DNA of 64,000 nt from Haliotis rufescens (taxonomy: Eukaryota): NCBI RefSeq assembly GCF_023055435.1, contig NW_025963890.1:34534001-34598000 (forward strand). The letters are read 5' to 3'. Below the pieces are notes generated by a model that ran no database searches, was not told where the DNA came from, and saw only the letters and a list, made by a program, of their open reading frames with translations. The position numbers were made by a program, and so were the translations under genes. Positions 24,602 through 35,969 of the stretch are shown here, one piece after another; position 1 is the stretch's first letter; each line of letters opens with the position of its first letter.

Positions 24602-26357
24602 ATGACACTGCAACCCTGGCTTGTTGTCGCAGTGGTAAGATTGCTTATTGCTTTTCCATGAATGTTTCATATCGACAATGACACTCCTGTTAACCAACTC
24701 TGTTTACCTCATGCGTGTATCGTTCTGATATATAATTCATATGCAAATGTTGAAAAACTCAAATGTGTATTATGTTTGTAAAATAATATATATTCATACA
24801 TTTTTCATTTTAGTGTTTCAGTTCAGTGTTCGGATTTTCTTTGGTACATGGAAGTAAGTATATCTTCATTGTTATGTTTAAATAGCTCCAACAAGTTATA
24901 GCTGTATATCATAGTAACAACACGTTTTCGCTTTCGTAATAATATACTTGTATTAAATATACAATATATTTATTGAAATACAGTTAAATATCCGGAATTT
25001 CTGTACTCAAATACTGGTAAATAGTATACACACATGGTATCATTACAGGTGAGGTTTGCCACGAGAGATGTTCCTATTGTGTGGGGACGAAGTGTCGGGA
25101 ATGCCTCTACGGCTGGTATGGACGCGATTGTAATGAAAAATGTAGTGAGTTTTGCTGGCATGGTGGATGTGAGAGGATAACAGGACGGTGTCACCAGTGT
25201 GTTCCTGGGAGACACTCTGGCTACTGCAACCAACTCTGCTCACACCACTGCAGGGAGAATAGCAAGGGTCAGGTCAACTGTGACTTATCAACTGGAAACT
25301 GTTTGGAGGAATGTGCTGAAGGAAGATGGGGTCCACGATGCCAGCACAGATGTCATGCAAATTGCAAAGAAGGTCTTTGCTACAAAGAAGATGGAGGATG
25401 TTTGAAAGGCTGCCTTGATGGATGGCACGGCGTTAAATGTAATAACCGCTGTTCAGTCCGATGTCTCAACATCACGTGTCACTGGTTAACTGGTAAATGC
25501 ACACATGGATGTATCAAAGGTTTTACTGGCTCAAAATGTTCCCATCCACACACAAGACACTGTGTGGACCCTGAGGCATATCACACAGACGATCAGTCCG
25601 TGGTGTGCGAGGGAGGATGTAAGCCTGGGTGGACCTCTGCCCTCTGTGAAAACAAATGTGAGGAGAGGTGTGAGACATGTCACCAGTTTGACAAAACCTG
25701 TCAGTTGTGTCAGCCCGGATTTTATGGAGTAGCATGTCAACTTGAATGTGGCATGAACTGTAACCAAACACACTGTGACATGTCGGGTCAGTGTGACAAA
25801 GGGTGTATGAGCGGTTTCCGTGGTGTGTATTGCAATGAAACCTGTCCATTTAACTGTTTAAGGTGCAGTCAATTTCAAAACATATGTACAGTCTGTAAAC
25901 CAGAATACAAGGGCGACCAGTGTCATGAGACCACCACTCCTAAAGTTGGCCACGCTACAGGTACCTCTCGTATTGATTATTCTTCATAACTGAAATGTTT
26001 CTTCCTATCAACAGCCAAGTGGCATGCCTCACACATTTCATTTATCATCATTAACGTCATCACACCGATAAGACCAGTACCGTTATGTAAACTGTCGATG
26101 TCATATGACAACAGTGATATCAGATCACAGCCACAGTCACAATGTCATATCGGAAAAAGTTATCCATAAGATATGTAAGAATATATACAGTTCATGATTC
26201 TTGATTATTCTTGACATTTAAAACTGTTTACCCAAATATTGACACTTATACTAACTGTTGGCGTGGGTTTTCTTTTTCAGACGAGGGCGTACACAAACAG
26301 GCGAGCACCCTGACAGTAGTATTTCTTTATTCCGTAGCTCGTATTATTACAACCTGA
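24602..26357 (+). CDS. G4: multiple EGF-like domain protein, putatively GPI-anchored or secreted, about 353 aa; closest paralog of G3
   Basis: Exons 24602-24634 and 24814-24853 (signal MTLQPWLVVAV/CFSSVFGFSLVHG), 25049-25960 (EGF-like repeats), 26281-26357 (DEGVHKQASTLTVVFLYSVARIITT*). 1062 nt in frame. Confidence 0.85.
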
Positions 26358-26429
26358 CACATGTCAGCGAGTGTGTGATTTTGGAGTTCAGGGTAGTATT
26401 TCCGTCAAATTAATCCCTATGTTTGAAAC

Positions 26430-27548
26430 CCGGGACAGATCAAAGAAGGCTGTCAACATTGCCCCTCTCACTAGATAACCGTATGCAAGGGAGGCAGTTA
26501 ACAGTGTGGACCCAAAGTAACGGATATCTAAGATGGTTTACCACTCTGGTGAAGCACAAGACATGGTGCGTTTAAACCAAGGAGGAGCGTGAAAAAGCTT
26601 CGAACGCACGATCGAAAGATTCCAGCTTGCCCTAGGATCGAATTCCACAGTGCATTGCATGATGCATGATGCACGAACCATTGTAGGAGTGGTTAAGAAG
26701 ACGTGAAAGGTGGTCAACATCTCAGAAGTATGGAGGATGTCTGTGTGAACATGTCCGTTTCTCTACGTGGAGTCAAGCGAGTATGTTTCTGGTGGTCAGT
26801 GCTTCATTAAATGACACTGCCGTGGTTCCAAGCGTTGCGAGTGTGTCAAGGCAAAAGTAAGGTGTAACTATAGATGACTCGACAGCCTCGACTGTTGCAA
26901 TAAATAGACATCATGTCTTCTGTGTCTGTACCTGTGCATGAACACGTTAGATATCAAGAGATAATTTAAGTGTCAAGCTATAAATATATATATATATATT
27001 GTATACACATTATGTATTCTGTGTATGGAGATTCTGACAAGAGTTTATTCCGACAGAATAAAGAATTTGACTTGCATTTGTTATCGTTATCCATTATGTG
27101 AGTTAGTGAGTGAGTTGGGTTTAACGCCGCTTTTAACAGTGTTCCAGTTATATCACGGCGTGTCAGCTTAATGTGTGAGGAAAGCCCGAAGTGATGCAGG
27201 TCTCAAACGTGAAACCCACGAGTACGGGTATGGTGCTGACAAACCTAGAAACATAATCGGGGCGACCCGGGATTCGAACCCACAATCATAGGTTTCTGGC
27301 GTGTCCAAGGGACGCAACTCTGCACAGCGAATCGCGGCGCCTGAGACGACTGGGCCACCCGTGCCCCCTCATCCATTATGTATTTATTCATGGTTATGTA
27401 GGGAATGAAGCGCACACAATGTTATTGAACATGTCAAAAGTAATTCGGGGATTTCATGAGATGACTGACCGAAACGGGAATTTATATGAAATTACTGAAA
27501 TGTTCAGGGATTTCCCGAAATCTCTAGTTTTGCTATCTTACTGTAACA
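26430..27548 (+). mobile_element. Decayed integrase-type DNA transposon (Ginger2 / KRBA2-SCAND3-like) 3' portion
   Basis: 26788-26907 translates SGGQCFIK*HCRGSKRCECVKAKVRCNYR*LDSLDCCNK*, resembling the GGQG..KC.C...RC.C.K....CNSRCH....C.NK C-terminus of these integrases (from memory); possible terminus ...CTGTAACA at 27548. Left boundary uncertain. Confidence 0.5.
27100..27370 (-). mobile_element. SINE family A, full length
   Basis: A and B boxes intact; 11-bp TSD ATCCATTATGT at 27089-27099 and 27371-27381. Confidence 0.9.
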
Positions 27549-27711
27549 TATAAATAAGTGGGCGACTCCTCCATCCGTGACCTCCAACCAGAAATGCACG
27601 AGAGCTGATATTTAGTTGACGCACAAATGATCGGGATATTATCAAGTCATTTAATAAGATAAATTCACTACGAATGAGGTCGCCTTATGCCATGGTTAAA
27701 TGTCAGCAAAT

Positions 27712-27851
27712 NNNNNNNNNNNNNNNNNNNNNNNNNNNNNNNNNNNNNNNNNNNNNNNNNNNNNNNNNNNNNNNNNNNNNNNNNNNNNNNNNNNNNNNNN
27801 NNNNNNNNNNNNNNNNNNNNNNNNNNNNNNNNNNNNNNNNNNNNNNNNNNN
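27712..27851. other. Assembly gap
   Basis: Run of N. Confidence 0.99.
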
Positions 27852-28309
27852 ATGCAGCTTTAAAATATAAATTAATTTTCTTTTTTTATATGTCAGTTCA
27901 AAATCACATGACATTTCGTGTTACATGATCGAATAAAATATCTGTTAATATTAATAAAGTGTCCATTTCTCAATTTCCACCAAATTATATTTACTTACGC
28001 ATCTGCGACATACATGTAGACGTAGTGTGCAAAAAAGTATTTAATTAAGATTTGCATTATCTACACGTGTGTTTAGTTACTTGTTGGATTGACGAACGGG
28101 TAAAAACAATTATACCAAACTCAACACGTAATACAGGAAGACAAAAGTCATTACCAATATTTACAACATCCTCTTCCCCATTTCGCAACCTAGTGACATG
28201 GCATGTATCACACATGAAGTATTTTAGAAATGTGTACAGCAGTACAACTGCAGAACCCTTCGTAGTCCCTATGATGGTTGTCACAATGCACGCCGTTTAC
28301 ACATCAGAC

Positions 28310-28575
28310 GGTTGGTGGTTTATCCCCGGCCGCTTCATACGTATACCAAGAATACGTTACAATATGGCGCTAGTCGTTACCCTGCCCTGCGCTTGACATT
28401 AAGGGAATAAAACAAGGACTGGATCGGCCCGAATTCAGTATACTGTATCTGAGTGGGGTAGCCATGTTACACGGCAGCATGGTTTTCAACCGGCATTTGT
28501 CCGGACCAGTACAAGCATCCAAACACACACTCATACATGCAAACGCACACGCACACGCATAAACACACGCAACCG
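28310..28575 (+). mobile_element. SINE family D, diverged
   Basis: CATTAAGGGAATAAAACAAGGACTGG ... GCATGGT ... and a CA-rich tail match the 17589 copy. Confidence 0.6.
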
Positions 28576-29232
28576 TGGTATATAAGTGCAAAACTCTTGA
28601 ACGAACTTACGTTCATTTCACCTCACTTCATCTGTTACACATTTGTAATAACAAAGAGACTGCATTTACAGTCGGATACAGTAATGTACATCTTACGGAT
28701 TTTATTGTTTTGGTAATGTTTCAATTTTCTTTTCAAATGTGTAATATTACACATTATATTCATGTAAATTAATTTATAAGATATACATAATATAAGCTTA
28801 TTGATCGCCTTGGACACATGGCGAAAACTCTGCCTTGTAGTCTTGATTACTCAATGTTTACATTCATTAACACTACGTGACACAATCAATCCCCCCAAAA
28901 CCTATTTCCGTCTTCCTCACAAAAGGTTCCTTTTTGCAGCGCTAAGGTAGCTATCGTGTAAGAGAAATAAACGCTATTGTCGTATCGTGAGCGTAGTTAA
29001 TGCTTTCCCGACTCTACATTTTTTTTAAATAACTATAAACGGAAACATAATATATGAATTTCAGTTAGAATTTATCTTTCAGGTTCACACCAACTGCTAC
29101 GACCTTACACCGGAAGAATTTCACCGTTGACTGTGGTCGGAGGTTAAAGTACAGATGTTTTGTTAATTGTCCATATCTGTCATTTACAGTTACATTTTGT
29201 AGCTGGAAAGGTCCATCGCACCTTCACGAAAA

Positions 29233-31708
29233 ATGTTTACCAATGCACTTACTTGTTTAACACTCTTCATCAGTGGATTTATCAATGGTAAGTAACCGGG
29301 CTGCAACAGTTTTAAGTTTTTGAAGTTTATAGATGATCAGAAATGAAAGTTAAACTGAAAGTAACTCATATCACAATCACAAACCGCAAATTGTATATTG
29401 AGTATTTACTTGTATGCATATTCATTCCCGGGAACAATCAAAATATACAAATGTGAGCTACTTAGTAACTGAAAGCGATATTGTCTTGAATTTGTATGAT
29501 TGTTTCATTGCAGAATCATCTGGTAAAGATGAAATCTGCGATGGAACTGGCTGTACAAGGGGCTGCAAAGATGGCTTCTACGGGCCCCAGTGTAGATATC
29601 GCTGCACTGGCAATTGTCTGAACAACCGCTGCAATACATCTGCATTTGGTTCAGCATCTTGCACAGATGGATGTAAAGACGGCTTCTGGGGTAACAGGTG
29701 TATCAGTAGATGTCCCCACTTTTGTAAGAGATGCCATAATGACACTTCGTGCAGTGAATGTGATGGCTTCCATTACGGACCAAACTGTACTACAATCTGC
29801 AGAGGAACATGTTCAGTGTCAGGTTGTAACAGTGACGGGACATGCAGGAAGGACAATCACACGATGTATCCATGTGGCTCCAACTGCCTGCTGTGTGACG
29901 CCTCGACCGGCAGCTGCAAGAGCTGTAAAATAACTTACGCAGGAGTGAAATGTGAGGTCTATTGTGGAAACTGTAACGGAACTTGTTCAGTTGATGGCTG
30001 TATGGAAGGATGCTCGTCGGGATATCGGGGACCGTATTGTGAAGATACATGTAGCAAAAGGTGTTCCGAAAATGTCTGTGATCAAGAGACCGGGAGTTGT
30101 TCGAAAGGGTGTCGTGATGGATATACAGGGGACATCTGTTCCAAAATATGCCCACATCACTGTCTACGGAACATCTGTCATCAACATTCAGGACAATGCA
30201 AACACGGCTGTCAGAATGGATATTTCGGACCTTTGTGTAAATCTGTTTGTGAAAACTGTTTTGATGACGCGTGCAACCGCAGCACCGGTCGGTGTGAGTA
30301 CGGATGTGTGGACGGCAACTATGGGTTGGACTGTAACCATGTGTGCAGTGAGCTGTGCAAATCTGGAAGATGCCAGAGGGAAGATGGTGCGTGTTTAAAA
30401 GGAACGAGCGGAAGTAAGTTGCTTAATGTCACATCTATGCAATCTTCCCTTTCTTCATCTTAGTGCATACATGTTGTCTAACTCCCTATTAATTATCATT
30501 ATACAATAACAGTAACTGTTGTATTATAAGCAAATACAAAAGATGTAATATGGAATTATCCAGGTTCAAGTTTGACATATAGCCTTAACAACGAAATTGA
30601 ATAATTTTTCACAATACGCTTCTTTCGTTTGCAGATTCTACCCCAAAACCACCCTTAGATGCAACAGTCAGTGCCAATGTGTATTTGATCCTTGCGTCAG
30701 TGGGAGTATTCTTGCTCTGTGTTGTTGCAGCAGGGATACTGATGATCAGGTACATATGACAATGGTCCCGTGAAGATCTGGATTAGAATAGGGCTTCAGC
30801 AACTCTCGTAAGAGGCGATTAACGGGATCGGGTGGTCAGTCTCGCTGACTTGGTCAATGCATGTCATCGTATCCCAACTGCGTAGATCGATGCTCATGAT
30901 GGCAATCACTGGATTGTCTGGTCCAGACTCGATTATTTACAGACCACTGTCATATAGCTGGAGCAATGCTGAGCGCGGCGTTAAGCAACAAACAAACAAA
31001 ACAAAACATAAGACAATGAAGACAAAGAGACTATGGCCCTTACGTAGAATGTCTCTTGATGATGAATTCCACTTTCCTATTACCGAAAACATACAGTGAT
31101 TTGCGAAATAATATTAACCATGGACATATATGAAACTTATTCACAATATAAAGTTAATTACAACAGTGGCTCTCTCTCTCTCTATTGTAACAATTAATTG
31201 TTGTTTCAAATCAATGGTGACCTTCACTAAACACTGTTATTCCTATTGCCACAGGTTCTGCCGGTCTCCCTGTCTTAAGAGGCTGAACAGGAACAATCCT
31301 CCACCGTCAGGTCGCTCACTTCCAGACCCGCCCCCACTACAGACCAGCAAGAACATGTACAGTGTTATATACGAAGACCAAATGGACCCGAGTGCCCAAT
31401 CTCTTAGAAGCAACACCTTAACTCCTCCTTCGCGAAACCCTGGCCTCGATAGGTCAAACAGTTTGCCCCTGTCCAAAGTCGATCCAGAAGAGGGTGTGTT
31501 CTCAACCTCAGGTGAGGTGCTCCAAATGCGATCTATTTGTGATACAACGCCATCAGAAGAGCCTGAACTACACAGCCTGTGTGCGTCTCCTGACCCTGAC
31601 GGTTCAACTTACGAGAGTCTCTCAAGTAGTGCACCAGGACACAAACAGACAACTGTTCCTCGTCCTTACATCACTCCAGTCACTGATGATCAACCCGAAC
31701 TATCATAA
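29233..31708 (+). CDS. G5: multiple EGF-like domain type I membrane receptor, about 507 aa
   Basis: Exons 29233-29287 (signal MFTNALTCLTLFISGFIN), 29514-30413 (EGF-like repeats), 30635-30749 (TM VYLILASVGVFLLCVVAAGILMI), 31255-31708 (Pro/Ser-rich tail with YSVI, YESL, YITPV). 1524 nt in frame. Confidence 0.9.
30767..31005 (+). mobile_element. SINE family C in G5 intron 3
   Basis: Starts CCCGTGAAGAT, (AAAC)n tail; TSD ACATA(T/A)GACAATG. Confidence 0.88.
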
Positions 31709-31872
31709 TGAGTGAGTGTGTTTGGTTTTACGCCGCTTTTAGCAATATCCCAGCAATAACACGGCGGGGGACACCAGAAATGGGCTTCGCACATTGAACC
31801 AATGTCGGGAATCGAACCCGGGTTTTCGGCATGACGAGATAACGCTGTACCCACTAGGCTACCCGACCGCGC
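31709..31872 (-). mobile_element. tRNA-derived SINE family B immediately after the G5 stop codon
   Basis: On -: GCGGTCGGGTAGCCTAGTGG (A box) ... GGTTCGATTCCC (B box) ... (ACTC)n; near-identical to the 36200 copy. Confidence 0.9.
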
Positions 31873-32462
31873 CCTGACCTTTCATAAATGTGTTTTGAGT
31901 AAATGTTCCAGCTCGATCACGACAGCCTGTACATATATTGTTTGATAGGCATTTCTTAGAAGTTTGACAAAGTAGACAAAAATGCTTTATGGACAACAAC
32001 CTTATTATACAGTAATTGCGACGTTTCGGTATAGACTGCTTGACAACAGTATACGAATCTCGACTGAAACGTCACAATTACCGTGTAATACAGAAGATGT
32101 TATCCACAAACCATTGTTGTCTACTTGGGCCTGTAAATAATCGGTTCCAGATCAAACAAACGAGTGATGTATATTATGAGCAACGACTCTTGCCAACGAG
32201 GTGTGAAATAACATGTTACCTTTGTTCCTGTCTTCTGCTGTCGACATGGCTGATGTTAAATACAGGATCGAGACAAAATGAGCAAAATATCCTCGATAAA
32301 TCTTTAAATGTAAGATAAGAATATTCTGAATATGTAGCCTTGCTGTAGACATTAAAACTGACTTGCCTGGTGATTTTTGTGTAAATGTTTTTACAATGTA
32401 TCTAAAACACAGAGCTGTCAGGAAAGTAAGTGGTATTGGAATTGAAGTCAGAAATAAGTATT

Positions 32463-32574
32463 GTGAGTGAGTGAGTGAGTGAGTGAGTGAGGGTGGAGGG
32501 AGGGAGGGAGGGAGGGAGGCCCGAAGTGATGCAGGTCTCAAACGTTAACCACTTTGGTTAACTCCACGAGCACG
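32463..32574 (-). mobile_element. (GAGT)n(GGAG)n microsatellite plus SINE family A fragment
   Basis: GCCCGAAGTGATGCAGGTCTCAAACG matches family A. Confidence 0.7.
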
Positions 32575-34563
32575 ACTACACTCAGTTAACCTCATACCTC
32601 ACATGATAATGAACAGGTCCAAACTCCATGAAACTAGAGAACAACGTCAGTACAATCAAAACTTGAAATAAAGCCGAACAATTTAAAATATCCTGCTATG
32701 GAGTAGCTCAGTAGTAAATAAAGGGAAGCACTCTTTGGATAATTTTAATATAAACAGCATAAAATCACTGATCATGCCGAAGACGTGACTTACTAATAAC
32801 AACAGAAAGTTGTTTTTTTCTCACATAGGAGTTCAACACCAAGGATTAAATCACTTCTCTGCTTTGAATGAAGAGATTTCTGAAAAAGCACTGGGAAGTC
32901 AATTAATTACAAGTATTAGAATATGTGTAGTAAGTAACTTACTATAACACAGAGGAGGAAGACGGTGCAGGTAGTTCTAAATGGCGAGGTACAGACAAAA
33001 CAATACGCGACTGACATGTACATGTGTCCACTGGAGATGTGTTAGACTAACACTATGAAAATTGTAATTTTATTTCAAACGAACCTTTCCTCCTCTGCTG
33101 TAGAATCAAGGAAACTAGCTAGACTTGGATTAGTTTGATCTAGACTTGCCAAGGCATTTATATAATTCCACAGTCCACAGTACAGGATGTTCGGGTAAAT
33201 GTACAACAGTTGACGGGTTTGTTACAACCTTTGAACAGCGGAAATAGTTCTATGGATATACAACTTCTGTACATTTTATGCGTCGCATTCATTGTAATAA
33301 AGAAGTTGTATATCCATAGAATATCTCCCAAGTTCATTATACCAACTTCTAAAAGCCACTTGAAGTATAACCTTTGTTTGAAAAATATCTATTCCTTCAA
33401 AATCATTCTTTAAATCCTATATTAAAATCGAGATCTATCAATAATAAATCATCAGTAGAAACCCCACCCCCACCGCCTGCCCCACCCCCATCCCCAACCC
33501 GACAACGAAAACAAATATGTTAAATGTTCATGTCTCGATCTACACATTAAAGCAACTGTTGACTACAACCAAGTTAAGGACTTGAGAGATCTCACCAAAA
33601 TGCCTTTACAATTAGTAAATACAAATAATTTGTGAGACTGTTATAACATTGCTGCCATGGTGTACATATTGTACATGTTGCCACTTGCTATTTAGAATAA
33701 TTAAGTTTACTTAAGTTGAGGTAGGTTTCACGGAAACGGTCCCACTATAGTTCACGTTGTTTCCCTTTGTTATTATTTACAGTTGTGTTTTAGTTTGATA
33801 GGAAACCGAAAAATACAATATTGAGCAGTGGCCATGGATTTTTTTTATCAACACATTAAAAGAATCGGTTTCAGCACATGTGTATAAGGAATAAGAACGC
33901 TCTAATACTCGAATCAAGGTGAAGGTCGCTCACACACAAATAGCTTCCCTGTAGGTCTTGGCGACAAGGTATGCAGTGTGGCATACAACCCGTGCATGTT
34001 CCCGGGGAATGACGAGACACCTTGATCACCTCGGCAGTAATATAGAAACTATGTACCCCCTTAGCGCTTATCACGTATGACCTAGTTTTGCACACTGACA
34101 CGTGATCAACCATTTGTCATGTAATGCATGACAGTTTCAGTCAAACTGCCGGGTAACTTCACTTGAGTTAGTGCACGTTGTATCTAAAACTCATATGGAT
34201 TTGTTTAAGAGATTGTATCGATACTACAAAATACTCCTCAAATGAAAATTAATACACGAATAGTAATCATAATTTTCTTAATTGTTTAGTCAGAAGGTGA
34301 ACCAACTATATCTATGACTTTCCCTTATACCTCACGCCAGTATGTGAGGGTTCCAATTTAATTAGACCCGAATCCCACCGCTTTGTCAGGTTACATGTGT
34401 GTCTATTCATGTCACGTGACTACCTGCGTGGTGTAGTGGATGGAGTGAATGAGTGAGTGAGTATGGTTTTACGCCGCGTGGTAAACCAGAATTGGACCTA
34501 ACCATTGTCAAGGTTTCATTACTGGTAATGTTTTAAATTGAAAAAAAATATTTATGAAATGTA

Positions 34564-34801
34564 TTTGTTTGTTGTTTTACGCCGCACTCAGCGGCGCACC
34601 CAGCTTTATGACGGCGGTCTGTAAATAATCGAATCTGGACCAGACAATCCGGTGATTGACATCATGAGCATCGATCCACGCAGTTCGGATACTATGACAT
34701 GCATCAACAATGTCTGCGAGTCTGATCATCCGATCTCGTTAGTCGCCTTTTTACGACAAGCATGGGTTGCTGAAGACCTATTCACCCCTTATCTTCACGG
34801 A
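34564..34801 (-). mobile_element. SINE family C
   Basis: Ends TCTTCACGG on +; TSD AAATGTATTT (34557-34566 and 34806-34815). Confidence 0.85.
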
Positions 34802-35969
34802 TCTCAAATGTATTTAATGGTACGTTTAATAGGATAAAACATGGTACATATTCCACACTGTGTACATTTATGATCATATAGCATGATGTTTTGCAAAGAA
34901 ATGCGCTTTTTCTTCGTAATTTTTTCTCCGATATAATGTTTTAAAAAAAAAAAAATTATTCAATTCAATTCTCTTACACCGAGCAAATTGCGAGTAAAGG
35001 GGAGTAACTCCTACACTTAAACGTTTCATGGGCTGTGACCAACAAGAGCACCGTCCCGTCTTCACTGAGTGATTGAGACTGGTTTAACGCCGCTCTATGC
35101 AGTATTTCAGTTATAGCATCATATGATGTTATGACATATTAATTAACCATTTAACTGTATGTGTTAACATTCGCTTCAATCATGGCATGCATAATCTGTT
35201 CACTGAAATCTAACTGTGCAGTTTACCAACAATTGAGTTTTGATAAATCGACTTGTAAATGATTGGAACCACCTTGAGTATTAGGATACAGAAGCGACAA
35301 TGTTACAGTTCAATCTTAGTTCAATTTTGGCAAAGATAGTGTCTTCATAGTATTACATATGTCTTGTTGAAGACACAAGTCACTATTTTTGATTTTAATA
35401 AAATATATAATTATATCTCATGATATTTTGTTTATCTTTTCTAACAAACACTACGACGATAGTGATAAAGGGAACTGATAAACTGCTTTATGTATCTAGT
35501 TAACCTCACTGGATGAGTCGAACCTTTTTGTTTGTCCTATCAACTCAGCTGATCTTTATAGTAGGTGGAAAGATCTGTTAGATAAACAAAACCTTTGTTC
35601 CAATGACCTGTCGACGATGGATTGGGTAGATATCTAACTCACAATGTTAGCATAGAGATAACGAGAGTGTAAGCAAATGCAGTTGATAAGATAGCGTCGT
35701 GGACTATGTCGCTTGGTCGACGTGGCTGAGTCATGTTGTGAGTATTCCTATGGTAAACGATAGTCGTCCATTTCTGAAAATATTGCCATAATGTTTGATA
35801 TGTAAAAAGGTGGTGGAAGAGAATAGTGTTTTATTGTGGGAACGTTTATACAAAACGTAGTAATCAATGCTTTGAGGTCTGAGGTAACACCTCTTCCAGT
35901 CTACCTCGTTACAGAATACAAACACTGACCCACCTGCATTACTCGACCTCATGACATTAAACAACAGAC

